Shown here: positions 49,407 to 62,949 of the stretch, in pieces
Position numbering within the stretch: position 1 is the stretch's first letter
Layout: each line of letters starts with the position of its first letter
From: Atractiella rhizophila
Lineage: Eukaryota
Assembly (NCBI GenBank): GCA_021432655.1
Contig: MU271424.1
Coordinates: 1-64,000 of the forward strand
DNA: 64,000 nucleotides
Direction: 5' to 3'
Program-made: the position numbers and the translations under genes
Notes under the pieces: model-generated
The model's database searches: none
The model's input: only the letters and a program-made list of their open reading frames with translations
Told to the model about the DNA's origin: nothing

Positions 49407-50228
49407 ATGTAAGCCGCACGCCACAATATCAAATCTTTACTGACGCTTTTGTGAGCATATAGGCCTTTACTCTCAGCCAGAACTTACGTTGCGGATGCAC
49501 CAGCTTTACGTCGCCGGTACTCTGCATCTGAACTCTCATCGGCTCCAGCAACATCTTACTACAGGGACCACGGAACATCTCATCGAATTAACCAGCTGGA
49601 ACAACAAAAGGATATCCTTGAGCATGCGATCAAGTTGGAAAAACTTGAAATAGAGAGGAGAGAGGAGCTTCAAAGGGAGAGGATGAAGCAGTGGGAAAAA
49701 GAGAGGAATTTCGAGAGGAAGAGAACTCAGCTTCAGAGGCAAAGAAGCTCATCTCACGGAAGCTACGGTGCGTACACTTTCTCTGGCCATGCCAATTGGT
49801 TTATGTGTTTTCTATCAGGCTCTGGCCTAGACTACCCATATAACTACTACGTGTCGCCTTCTTCGACGTATTCCCAATCAAGTTCTTCTCGAATGCGGCG
49901 TCCTTCTATGCCTTCTCTACCTTCTTCTGAGCTTGTAGCACGCTCGCGCTCGTCAAGGTATTCGTTGTCCAATCAGCTTTCTGGTTTTCACCTTTCCTCT
50001 CGAACCAATGTACCTGCTGGCTATCGTCTTTCCGCCAATCTAGGACAGGTTCGAACGGGCATGGAAGATTCATTATACAGCCCGGATGAGGCGAGGCAAA
50101 TTCTTCTCGAGAAACTCGCGAGAGTCGGAAGGGAGAGAGGAGCAAATGGAATCATTGGAGTTCGCGTTGGACGTGTCGGACGAGAGATATGGGCGACGGG
50201 CGACGCAGTTGTGTTCGGGAGATATTGA
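49407..50228 (+). CDS. Hypothetical protein with coiled coil and C-terminal YbjQ/UPF0145-like segment
   Basis: Start AT|G split by intron 49409-49462; C-terminus EARQILLEKLARVGRERGANGIIGVRV...ATGDAVV. Confidence 0.7.
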
Positions 50229-50804
50229 GACGCCATATTTCACTTAATTCAAATCTTTACATTGTTCGTACTGTTGAGGAAGTCTGAAGTACGCACGGTT
50301 GTCCATCGTCATCAGTTTTGGCCGCCACTTTGTAAATATCCTGTTGCATTGTTGTAAATATTAATATTCGGTTCTCTTTCCATGCACATCCACATGCTGA
50401 TTGCTTCGTAAATGAGGTTCATTTTTAAGTACCGCGGCTAACCCGTGGTTTCTTACCCTTTGTATTCAGCTGTTGCAGCAAGTTGAGCCATGAATCAAAC
50501 CGGAATCAGATTTTCTTCAGACTTTGCCACTTCAGAGTGCTCAAATTTGCTGCCGTCGTTGTTGAATGAAAACGAGTATTCCGCACTTCCCATTGAATGA
50601 CTTGGTGTAAGCTTTCTCTGGCTTGAAAGTGAAAGAACTGTCCAAGCCTCGAATAAGGAACGATCAGTATAAGTAGGGACGTTCAGTGATAGTCTAGCGA
50701 ATAAAGAAGACAGTTAAATGCCAGCTCTGGGGCGACGGTGCGCTCCTCCTTTCGCCACCTGCGCACTTAGTCGCCTGTTTCGTTTTGTGGAATCTGCGAT
50801 AGGG

Positions 50805-50921
50805 ATCAAAGCGGACAAGGGCAACATCGTCATCAACCCAAACCGAACGATTGCGAATGGACCTATTGCGAATCAGTATGACCTTCCAGCCTTTATAGTG
50901 CCAATGAAAAATGCCTGGAAT
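50805..50921 (+). pseudogene. Relic exon of the adjacent C2H2 zinc-finger family
   Basis: ADKGNIVINPNRTI...gccaatgaaaaatgcctggaat matches ADKKNIVTNPNRKI...ANENAWNG at ~52609-52716, with disrupted frame. Confidence 0.7.
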
Positions 50922-51933
50922 GTGTGATTTCCGCCGTCTTAAGACCGTGACCGTTTCTTCCCCTCATGCACAACCACCAGCTTCAGCTTCCAGTAGGCAT
51001 TGGTACACTTGTGTGTGAGGTGAGTACACAGTATTTCATTCATTTCGGCCCTTTCCTTTCGAGCTCGATGTACCTTTCCATTCTAAAACACTCTTCTCTG
51101 CTTTGCCCACCATCTTCTCTCTCCGCTTACTAGCCACTTCGCTTTCATTTAGGGCCGCATCAACAGCCTTCGCTTTCCTTATCCATTCGTGAACTCTTTA
51201 ATTGTTTTAGGTGCACTTACTTCATTTCCTTCCATGTCTCTATGCTATGATATCTTATACTATGTGAATTATGTTCTAGAACCCGTATTTCGAGCTGACA
51301 ATCCAACATGTTAGGCACTTGACCCTGTTTGAGCCAAACACCTAAATGATTTAAGGTTCAAATCAACCAACAGCCCCTCCTAACTAAGCCTTCAATACGA
51401 CCAAATAAGACGTGAAAGATGAAATAGAACAGGGAAGATGGTCACGGAGAAAGGAATTTCCAGCGAAAAGGAGCAACTTGAAGCCCTGGAGAAGAAGGAC
51501 GACAGCACAGAAAGTGCTGGCTGTGCTGCAAGAAACGAAGGAGCAGTTTAACCACTTGAAGTATTTTACTCTTCTGTTTCTCACGACTCTGCACAAGTTT
51601 TCTTCATTGTCATGGTTCTCTGCTCCCTTTCCGCCTGCCTATCCGCTGAACTGCCCCTTGTTATCTCTCACTTCAGCATAATATGCTCTTTCTGGTGAGA
51701 TTGCGCATGCACATGATATGATAAACCGTGGACACGTGGAAGAACGCTGTAGCATTCCTGAGGAAAAATTAGGAGACGGATCTGCTGACGGAAACCACAT
51801 CTGTCAGCGGCGATTGATGTGATGGATCACCATTTGGTCGCAGGCTGATTGTTATTTCTGGGAAAGTCTTCCAACGCCGAAGTACAGTGAGTGGATTCTT
51901 TCGAGACACATTTAACTCAATGGTTTAGCTGCT

Positions 51934-53017
51934 ATGCCCTATTGTTGCCGTCGATTCTTTGTCAGCCATGGCGACCTATGGAAGCATTTGGCAATGTCTC
52001 GCAACCATAATTGGTGTTCTGGTGCGTCTTTCGGCTCAGTTGCGCATTCCCATCACTTGGAAGACGGCCTGACAATGTCTGTCGGATAGAATGCAATGAG
52101 GATTTCAATACCTCATTCGACCTTCGCGAGCACAAGCTGAACTCCAACAGGCATGCACTTTGTGGAATTTGCGATATAGAGTTCGACAATCACGACGACT
52201 TAGAATATCACCAAAATGTGGAACATCCGGTTCATTGCGGCATCATATTCTCTTCTCCAGATGCGTACGATGATCACTGCGAAAACCAACATGTGTATTG
52301 TCGACAGTGCCAAAGGTTTTTCTCGAATCACGACAATCTCAAAAGTGTGAGTAACGATTCTGGCCTAAGACTTAATTGATATTTCTGTGCAGCACCTTAG
52401 ATCATTCATTCATACGAAGAAGACTGTGCGCTGCCTAATGGCTGGTTGTGGTGCCGTTTTCGTTTCCCATGCAGCGCTGGTGTTGCACCTTGAAGCTGGG
52501 GCTTGCGCTAGTGGCATAACAAGGCCAAAGGTTGACCGGTGTAAGGGCTTCCTCTCTCGCGTTCTCACACGAATCTGAATTGACGTATCATTTCAAGTCA
52601 TCGTCGAAGCGGATAAGAAGAACATCGTCACTAACCCAAACCGAAAGATCTCGACGATTGGAAACAAAAAGAGTTCTCTAGCCTCCTATCTTGCGAACGA
52701 AAATGCCTGGAACGGACGGGCATACGAATGTTACCTCTGTTATCGGGAGTTTTACAGGTCCGTCCAGTCTCTGACCATTCTATGCATCCTCATCCTGAGT
52801 CGATCAACTTGTCCATTAAAGTCTCCAGCCCTTGCGCGCACATCTAGCCTCTCCTCGTCATGCGGACAAGATTTATCGCTGCTTGGAGTGCAAGAAAGGG
52901 TTTACCGCTCTCTCAGGTCTTTGGCAACATGTTGAGAATGGGAATTGTGGCGTCCAGAGTGCCACGAAGCAGGCCATGGCACAACTCCTTGATAGTATCC
53001 AACGAATGGTCTTATGA
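51934..53017 (+). CDS. C2H2 zinc-finger protein, paralog 1
   Basis: Multiple CxxC..HxxxH fingers; LVLHLEAGAC, AWNGRAYECYLC, HLASPRH, LSGLWQHVE. Confidence 0.9.
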
Positions 53018-53490
53018 ATTGCGTATTTTACCACTTCTCCGACATCAATCTTGGAAACAAAATAGTTATGGCGTCTCTCGACCACGATCTCCCAACGCTT
53101 CCAAGCACAGCATTAGATCTCACTTCTTATTCCGATCGCTGTTCTGCGAAGCATAATGTTGGACTTATAGAGAGCCAGTTAGTTCAGGTTCTTTCCGTCG
53201 TTATCCTGCATTGTAGTTATTTCCACATGAAACGAACAGACACTCCGCCTTGGTGATGTGGCTGTTTCGTGGGCCATTCTTCCCAGTCTAATTTAACAAG
53301 CTAGCATAAATGGGAGTTGTCTTGACAGGACAGCCCAGGTGGTACCGTATTATACCGAGCCGCTCGAGATCGACAAACAAATTGGAGTCTCTGTTATTTA
53401 ACAAGTTGTTTCTCCTTCAGTTGGAACGCGTCGCTCACGTCCGTGGAGCAGACCTTAAATACAGCAGTCCAGACGGATGGCCTATCAAAC

Positions 53491-54593
53491 ATGGCGTACT
53501 GCTCGCAATGCGACCGTTACTTCGTCCACTCCGACGCACTACAACAGCATGTTTCAAACTCTCAAAACCACGTAACATTGTTCTATTGCAGTGACTGTGA
53601 TCGGGAATTTAGCTCTCATCATGCATTGCAGCAACATCTGTCTAGTGCTCGTGTTCACACTGACGCTCACTGCTCTGACTGCAACCGCTACTTTTCTAGT
53701 CAAGACGGCCTCGAACAGCATTTGTCAACTTCACACAAACATATTCAATATCCCTGGTGCGACGGTATGTGTTCATCTAGCTCACGGTCATCTTTTGTTC
53801 ATTCTTGTTCAAGTGTGTAATCGAGCATTTTCGACTTATGAAGCTCTCCGTGCACACGAAACCTCCTCCAAGAAGCACAATTATTGTGGTGATTGTGACA
53901 AAGTGTTCCAGACACGGGACCAACTTAACACTGTAAGCTCTCTTGCGAAATGTAACCTCGTAAACTCAGGTTGGAAGCCTTCAGCATCTTCGCTCGTCAA
54001 TTCACAATTCCAGAGACATTGAATGTCCAATGACGAAGTGTTCTGCCCGCTTTGTTACTCATTCTGCGCTCGTCCTACATCTAGAATCTGGGTCGTGCAC
54101 CAGTGGCTTAAACAGGGCAATGATCGATACCTGTTCGTCATGAGGTTCTTCTTCTTCCACAGCGATTTGTCTGAGTAGAGGAGTAGATGTAATGCGAGTG
54201 GACAGAACTCATGTTATAACGAATCCTCGCCGCATGATCGCAGGGTCAACTCTTCTCTCCCCTCCGACCTTCCAGGCAAATGAATACTCATGGAATGGCG
54301 ACGCGTATGAGTGCTACTTATGCCACTCAGAATTCAGGACGTAAGCTGTTCAGTCAATTAAGAGCGACTGCCCATTCATCTTCACGCACAGTCTTACATC
54401 CCTAAATCAGCATTTGGCATCACCACGCCATGCAGACGAAAATTATTCTTGCCCTGCATGCAAGAAAGACTTCACGACGCTTTCCGGCCTTTGGCAACAT
54501 TGCGAAGCCGAGAAATGTGGAGTCCAGAGGTTCAGCAAAGCTAGGAAGATGATGGAGCAGCTACTAGAGGGAACGAGGAGGCTTACGATATAA
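53491..54593 (+). CDS. C2H2 zinc-finger protein, paralog 2
   Basis: MAYCSQCDRYF...LVLHLESGSC, SWNGDAYECYLC, HLASPRH, LSGLWQHCE; matching intron positions. Confidence 0.9.
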
Positions 54594-54788
54594 GACTAAG
54601 ATTTCTGTACTGAGTTACTGAGTTCTCGCTTGTTTGCCACAGGATCCCGATTCAATTTTGGGGTAATTAGGTAATTGCACTGAAATGCAAGAGTTGAGAT
54701 GCGTATATACACCACCATGAATAAGTTATATATTAGCTCTAGAGCAAAGGATTAAGTCTTGTACCCGAGACCTTGTCTAAGTGTTAGA

Positions 54789-57580
54789 TTACTTTTTCGA
54801 TCCTCCAGCCCTAAACTTCTTGTAGTCTTCCATCATTTCCTTCTGCACTGATGCCATCACAGGATCGTGTTTCAGGTATTCCATTGTGAACTCTCCCTTT
54901 CCTTGCGTCTGACCCCTCAGAAAAGCGGAATCTAAAATTTAATCGTCAATATGCAATGTAAAAGGCACAGGCAAGGGACGCACAACCAAACATATCGTTC
55001 AAGCTCACTTCAGCGGTTAGAGTGAACTCGTCCTCCCCAATCTCTGTGTCTAAAATGTTTCCTCTTCTGGAGTTGATACCGCCAATTACATCACCTATCA
55101 ATGATGGAAAGTTAATATGTTAAACTTGTGTGAGGGGAAAAAGCACGCACCCTGGAACTCGATTGGCGCGATAACCTCTACGCGCATGATTGGTTCAAGG
55201 ATGACGGGACTGGCCTGATTGTAGACTTCACGGAATGCACCAGCAGCGGCAGCACGGAAAGCCCATTCTGAAGAATCCACGATATGATGGAGACCGTCTT
55301 GCATCACCATTCGACACATCGTCACGGGGTATCCAGCGAGACCTCCGCGGGTAAGGGCGTCTTGGAATCCCTGTTGTCCGCTCAGACAGGCCTGAAGGAG
55401 ATATTAACCTTTTCACATCCAGGTATGTATTCGAAAGGAATGTTGCCAGATGTGACATGATTCCAGAACTCGTGGTCCTTATCATCCACCCTCTCTTCTA
55501 GAGGTTCGATTCGTCCAATGACCCTTGCGAATTGTCCTCTTCCACCAGTCTGCTTCTTATGGGTATAATTGAACTCTGCCGCCTCCGTGATCGCCTCCTT
55601 ATAGGCGACCCTGGGACGTCCAGAGACAGTTTCGACGTTATATTCTCGCTTCATCCGCTCGATATAGATCTCGAGATGCAGCTCACCCATTCCGCTGATA
55701 ATCGTCTCTTGACTATCGGGATCGACGTGGACGCGGAAAGTTGGGTCTTCGCGCTGGAAGCGCTGCAGGGCTTTGCTGAAATGAGGTGTTTCTTGGCCCC
55801 TTGGCCGGATGGCTAGGGAAACGACGGGGTCGGGGACAAACATCGAGCTCTGTGGGATGCATGCGTCTCTCGTTAACGGGTTCTGCATGAAAGAAGGGGA
55901 AGTAGAGACGAACCATGGTCAGCTCACTCCCGTTGCTAGCTGTTGTAAGGGTATCTCCAGACGCGCACTCAACGCCAAAGATTGCCGCAATCTCTCCAGC
56001 ACCAACCTGATCTACTTCCTCCATCTCTTCACTATGCATTCTCACCAACTTTGGAACCTTGGTCTTTTTCCCAGTCCTCACGTTTACCACAATCGTGCCC
56101 TTGGTCAACACACCCTGATATATCCTCACGTAAGTGAGTTGTCCAAACCGGGACTCTTCCAATTTGAACGCCAATGCAAGAAGAGGCCCAGTGGCGGTGG
56201 GAACGAGAGGGACAGAAACGCTAGTTTGTTGCGGCTTCGGGACTGTGAGTGCGTTTGACGAGACTTCGTAAGGAGCAGGAAGGTAAGAACAGACTCCGTC
56301 AAGGAGCGGTTGGACAGCCAAATTAGATAGCGCTGATCCCATGAAGACTGGTGTGAACCGACGAGAGATGGTAGCGCGTCGAATGGCCGACTGTTCACAA
56401 CATCAAAACATCACAAATGCTCGCCGACGAAAATGGGAACGAACAGCAAGATCCTCGTTAGTTATTGGTTCTTCGGCAATGAATTTATCTCCCAATTCCT
56501 CGTCTGCATCAGCAACGCACTCGACGAGCTCCGCTCGATATTTATCCACCGTCTCCTTCAGGTTTTCTGGAATTTCCTCACTTCTCAGTAGCTCAATCCT
56601 ATTCGAGAAGCAAATCCAGTCAGCTTAAAGAAATAAAAAGTAACGAACGACAAACCCCTTGGTCCCTCCGTTTCTGTAACACACGCCCCAAACCAAATCC
56701 ACCACTCCTTCAAACGTGTCTTCACTCCCAATTGGCACCTGTGCGAGCGCTGCATTCAGCTTAAGTTTGTTCCGTAGCTGTCCAAGGACTTTGAAGGGAT
56801 TTGCGCCAGGCCTACATTCCGAAGCAACCGGGCCCATAAGTATGCTTGGAAGTGAAGAAGGGAACAGGACTCACCGATCCATTTTGTTGACGAAACATAA
56901 CCGTGGAATATCATATCGCTTCATTTGGCGGTCAACGGTGATTGTTTGACTTTGAACTCCAGATACGGCGCAGAGCACGAGTACTGCGCCATCCAAGACT
57001 CGAAGAGCTCGTTCGACCTCAATCGTGAAGTCGACGTGGCCTATTCGCGCACTTCGTCAGCACTCAGGTTTTGAACGGAACTCGAATGAAATGTACCAGG
57101 AGTGTCAATGATATTGAACCAATGTTTGTTACCCTTCACCCCGTCCACCTTTGCGCCATCTCCCTTGATATCCCATTCGCAAAAAGTCGCCGCCGACTTA
57201 ATGGTGATACCTTTCTCCCTCTCCAACTCCATGCTATCCATCTTCGCTCCTACTTCATCCTTCCCCCTCACCTCATGAATTGAAGCTATCCTTCCAGTAT
57301 AATAAAGCACACGCTCTGTCAAAGTTGTCTTTCCAGAGTCGATATGTGCACTAATACCCAAATTCCGTAAAGGAGCGAGACGCGCATAGTCTGCCGTATT
57401 TAGACTACGCTCTGTCAAAGTTGTCTTTCCAGAGTCGATATGTGCACTAATACCCAAATTCCGTAAAGGAGCGAGACGCGCATAGTCTGCCGTATTTAGA
57501 CTGAGCGTGGATGGTGCGGAAGTCGAGGCATAGCGCCGAAAGGACTGCCCTAAACGGGGGAGCAGGCGTAGGGGCAGCAT
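54789..57580 (-). CDS. MEF1: Mitochondrial elongation factor G1
   Basis: Presequence; [69 protein letters not shown]. Confidence 0.97.
57311..57502 (-). repeat. Perfect 96-bp in-frame tandem duplication in EF-G
   Basis: 57311-57406 = 57407-57502; [32 protein letters not shown] occurs twice. Confidence 0.97.
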
Positions 57581-58367
57581 GTATGGTCGAAAGTGTGGTC
57601 AAAAAAGTTTCCTCATAAGGTTTGGGACCTTTGCAAAGAAGGCTCGCATAAAGAAGCATTCGTCGCCAAACAGAAGGCTCGAATTCGCAACTTTGCCAGT
57701 CTGCTTTTTACGATCACGGCTTGGAACAGTTTTGGTGTGTATTGGTGTGTATTATTGCTTCGAGAGTTGTTGATGGGCGCATAATTGCTAGTGTTGAGGG
57801 GTCCCCAGTGAGTCCCCGTTTTAGTGAAGTAGGGGATGTGGCCTCGATGGTGGCCGTCATTTGCTCTTTTTTTTCAAGGTTATATGATGTGTTCGCTCTG
57901 AAGAACGCTTGGAAAGTCTCCCTATGATCAAAAGAAGTGGTGTCCTTAGAAGAAGGATCCTAATTCCCACTTCATATCTGTAGCGTCTCCTCCCGCCTTC
58001 GCTTCTGCTATCAAGATGCACTCTGCCCTTTGTGCATCTACCCGGTTCAGAAATGGTATATAGGCATCTTCCTCAGCCTCCAAATTTGAAGTTGTTCAAC
58101 GGAGTTGACTCCTTGTTGCACCGGAGCCGTGAAGTTGAGTCGTGGACCAGCTCGTGAGTATAGTGTCGGTCGCCTAATCGCAACCAGCCTGCCAAACCTT
58201 AAAATTGCTCCCTCAGTTTCTATCCTGGCGACTATCTGTCTGTGAAATATGCTCTAAAGGAGCCTTAGATTAAAACCTACAGACAACTTTTTGGAAAGTC
58301 TTCTTCCTGCGGAGCAATTTTTTTTTTCACTGTGAGATTTGGAACAAAGCACTCTTGTACGTGCTAT

Positions 58368-58505
58368 TGTATGTCAGGTGACCCATTGTGCGCCTGACTG
58401 TATGTCAGGTGACCCATTGTGCGCCTGACTGTATGTCAGGTGACCCACTGTGCGTCTGACTGTACGTTAGTGACTCATTATGTCGAACGGTACGTCAGGT
58501 GACAC
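58368..58505. repeat. 31-bp minisatellite, 3 good plus ~1.5 degenerate copies
   Basis: Unit tgtatgtcaggtgacccattgtgcgcctgac. Confidence 0.9.
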
Positions 58506-59969
58506 TGTTTGTGCAAAGAGTGTCGTCAGTCGTCACCATTTGATGCTGAATCAAATGCAACTGAAGCAATACTGTTTACAGCTTCCACAGGCACGCTCAA
58601 CATGATGTCAGATAGACGGTATATTACAAACATATTCTTCCTTAACAATTTAATTCTACTAATACATTCTTGCAAAATTGTGCATCACACCATTCTTTCT
58701 TCACATGTACCTTGAACAGCTCCAGCCTCTTGAACTGGCAAAAAAAAATTTGGAAAAATTTGGAACATAATTCATCAACCATCATCAATGAGTCATGCTA
58801 AGGCACTGTTGTTGGGACTAGGTGACCGTCACCATAGCTTTGAGTGCGCATAAAATGAACTTACGCATCCATGACGATGATCAGACTGTTGAATCGAGTG
58901 TCCAACCCATGAAGCTCAATTTATGCATCCACATCAATAAAGAGAAGGACGTACTCAAAAGATTCAGGCATGAATTCCCCCGGTTTCTTTCGTGCCAAGT
59001 GACTGTCATTCTGGGGCTTTTCTCTCTTCCCCTTCGTCTGCGCAAGGCGGACATACGGTCTATCGGACAATTCTCATCCCATTTTGAACACTAAGTCACG
59101 TCAAATTTGTTGTCTTCAGAAGTTCAAGGGAAAGGAATGCAGTCGCATCTCGCATTTCCTCCTCCTCAGCGTCCCGCGCCACGTCTTCCTGATCTCTAGT
59201 CAGACGCTGTGATTTGTGGCGGTCTTTCATGCAACTCCCAGGAAAAGGTTGGAAGTCAAAGCACCACGACAGAGAGTCCGTCAATTGATTTCAGTTGATC
59301 ACGAGTCGCGATCGCTGTTGACCTTCTCTGGCTCGCACCTAAAAAAGATCATGACTGTTGCATCAGCGTCTGAGCTTCAGCGGATCCACTTCAGAATCCA
59401 TATCAGTCAAAGCGTGAGGAGCAAATTAAGAAGAAGCTCCTTGGAGTGATCCCGGTTTGCGAATCATCGCTGCATCAAGAGCAGGAAGACCTGAAGACCT
59501 GCAAGAAAAACCGATCCGCCTCGTGTTTCCAGAGCAATAAAATCCAAACAACCAAACAAAAACTTTATCGGGAGCTCGTTGCACCTCTTTTCGACTCTTC
59601 CCCTGATTCTATTCGCCCCTCTGTTCACAGGGACGCACTGAAAGGGTGAATGATCATGCAATAACTCCCCTTTGTGCAGAGGTTGCAGTGGGCAGCGATG
59701 GGGCTTCCCGCTGGGATGACATTACGAAAAAGGGATCTCGATGCATGAGAAAATTATGAAGGTCAAGCGAACAACGATCAATAAACAGCCGAACTCAGCT
59801 TATGCTTAAATGCTCTAAAATAGCCAATATAACGAGGCCACGCCTCATTCCAAATCTTTCCCCGTTTGCTCCCCTCACATTTTTGCCCGCTTTCCCTCAT
59901 CCTCCTACTTGAAAGAAGGGATCAGGACGATTCTCAAGCGATTGAGTGAGATAGGAAAAGAGAAGCATC

Positions 59970-62480
59970 ATGTCCTGTGAGTCCTTTATAGACCTTTTGC
60001 TTCCTCGTGTGTAGAATGCTGCGAAGCTAACGCCTTTGTCTTTTCTTTTCCTTTGTCCCTTCAAAGATCAATCCGATCAGCGTGGCAGACCATCGGTAGC
60101 GAGCAGACAGGAAGGAACCAGAGGCTCAAGAACGTCGATCGAGCTGAAAGGTGAATCCCCTGGTCCATTGCCCCCTCAACAATCGACAAGCTCGGCGACA
60201 AAGAGACGGAGAAATGGATCTGCAAAAGCTCCTCTTCCCACCCCACACACAACTCAATTCTCCCTCCCTCCCAATCCAGCTCGTGCTCAGACATCTTCTC
60301 CTCCTTCAACTGTTCGACCTCGCCGATCAAGTCCTCGAGCTCGACATGGCACCCCATCGTCGTTGGATTCACAGGACGAAGTCCAGCTTCACACTGGTCG
60401 TCCCAAGGGACAGGCTGGAAGGGATGAGAGGGGTAACCTGCTCCCTCCTCTATATCATAAGGATGGTGATGCAAGAATGCGTGGTTACAAACTCGCTCTC
60501 TTGGAGATCGATCGTGACGACGTGACGAACTTGTTCAAGATTCGGAAGACGTTGGATTGGGCATGCAGCGTTGCAGAGCAGGCTATCTCTTTGGAGGAAC
60601 AGAAGAGGATGGCACGTTATTCGGAAGAGATTGTGAGGGATGGCGATGAGAAGACCATGCCCTTCTCGTTCTTTGCACAGGAAGTAAGTCTTTTCTCTTT
60701 TCTAACCCGAACTCGCGGACCGCAATGTTAACTGAAGGGCTGGTTAGCCGGAGCGCTTCATGAGAACTCCTTACGCTGTCCCCGTCCCTTCTGCCCCTCC
60801 CGTATCGGAAGACACAGGGTTTCGGGAGTTCCGGCGCAAGCGACATATCCTAACTGATCCACAGTCGAACAAGATCGCGCATCAACAACGAAAAATCATG
60901 GCTTCCTACGCGCAGAAGCTGATCGATCGCGTGCGTCGTCTGAAGGACAAAACCGGCGCAGATATGGAACAAGGATCAGTGCTGTCTTTCCCCCGATCCC
61001 TTATCGATGAGAGTGAACCGTCCTACGACGGTGAATACCTACCAACCTTGAGGAGTTCGCGATACGTTAGAATGCAGAGAAAGCTCCTCGAGTACGAACA
61101 GGCCCAATCTCCCGGCAGCGCACCTCCAACCCTCATCGACTATCTCAAACCTCACATTCAGGACTACGTGGATATGTGGCTGGGTGGGCCCAGAATCCCG
61201 AATTCGATTTAGAAGTCGAGATATCCTATCGTGAAATCGACAAAAAGGTGCAGGAGGACGAAGATCAACAACCGCCACCTGCACCCGAACCGACCCCTGT
61301 ACTCAGTGGTGACGCGAATGCTCCGTTACAACCGCAGTCGGCAGAATCTCTGTCGTCAGCCCGTTTCGAAAGCGAGAGGCTCGTCTTTAGGGCTGCTGGG
61401 GAGAGAGAAATTGATCGAAGCCTTTCTCCTTTAGTACGGCAAGAGTGTGATTTGCGGACATTGAAGGCCAACCCATCTGTGGAAACACAGTCCGCTTCAA
61501 ATGTAGCTGCTCCAAGGGTCCATGCCAACCATTCAAGCATGGGAGAGGGCGAGGAAGTGGGCGTGAAGCCGGGGCATGAAGGTCGCCCGTCGTCGAAGAA
61601 GCGGTGGATGTCAGACGATAGTCTGAAGATTCGTAAGCAAGGCGGAGCAGTCATTACCGTCAACGATCTCGGGATGCGAGTTCTCCCTACGACGGTCGTA
61701 GTAGACACCAAAAAGAAGAGAAAGCGAGACGAAGAGGTCGACGGGGTTGCTAGTAAACGAGTAAGACGACCTCCAATGTGGCCGTAATTTTCTAACAGTG
61801 GTTTCTCAGGTTCGGACAACACGACACTTCGTTCATCTAGATCCAATACCTCATGCTGAGCGGCCGGAATTTCCATACGACCTCACTGCTCACATCATAC
61901 CTCCTCCTGCTCCACCTCGGAACGAATTGACCAGCGAGAATGTCTTCGAACTGAAAGAGCGGCACTTGGGACCATACACCATCACCGGAAGTCGGGACGG
62001 TTTACAATCTTGGGATGAGGAGAATAACGATGGCACTTATCTCGAGCGAGATCTGGGATACGCCCCATCCTCTGGCTACCGTGGTCGCAGGACCGTTCTC
62101 GTATGGCACATTCTTCTTGACTACGAACGACGATACTGACTCCTTTAACTATAAGGACGAGGACGAACTGATTGCCGCAGCTCGCGCTGATCCTGAGCAT
62201 CCCTTCCCGAATGGTGTCCCAAGGTGCTACGCTGATCAAGCTCGGAAACCCATGGATGCTAAGATGAATGATTGGCTTGTAAGTCTTTGCATCGTCCACT
62301 GTTTCCGATACGGGTCTAACTTGTGGCCAGACCAACTATACATACCCAAAGGCTACACCTGAACAAATGGTGGGGCCCATGCTCCCACCAGCTTATCCTA
62401 ATTGGTCCTTCGTATACGATTACGAGTAAGTGGTGATAAGTTCTTATCTAAAATTATTTGACCAAACTGTAACCTTTAGA
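59970..62480 (+). CDS. Large hypothetical multi-exon protein with an unresolved frame change near 61190; 3' end approximate
   Basis: Consecutive long ORFs (60036-60731, 60760-61212, 61176-61787, 61798-62139, 62015-62362), most linked by GT-AG introns. Confidence 0.55.
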
Positions 62481-62949
62481 CTTAACTACGAGATTGTGCG
62501 AGCCCCAACGCCTCGTAAAAAGTACTTTTGAGCAAGGGGTTGAGGAACGCGAGAGGGGGCTCACTTCATCTACAATCAGCATTCCAGAGCTAAATTATAC
62601 CACCACTTCATTGTTTCCGGGTGTTCAATTAAGTGTCAACCGTACTGTTGTAGGTTTCAAAATATTCCTTGAAATTTCCTTTATCCGTACCATCTCCTGT
62701 CGGCATTTCTTTGTTATGTGTCGTGGGCATCGATGACTGACGATATGTGCCCATCCGGTCCATTCCTTAATCCTTTCGTCGCGGCCGTTGAGCTATATCT
62801 TGGCTGCTATATGGCTGGCAATGTACTACTAATACGTGCTCTGACATTGGGATATAGAAGAGGTGACACAATTTATCCCCGTTTGATTTACTTTAAACAT
62901 AGAAGCATAATCACATAAGTAAAGAACAAGGAAAGGGGGAAGTAACATA

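Noticed and set aside
58368..58505. CRISPR-like repeat
   Set aside because: Units are contiguous with no spacers, the context is eukaryotic, and there are no cas genes.
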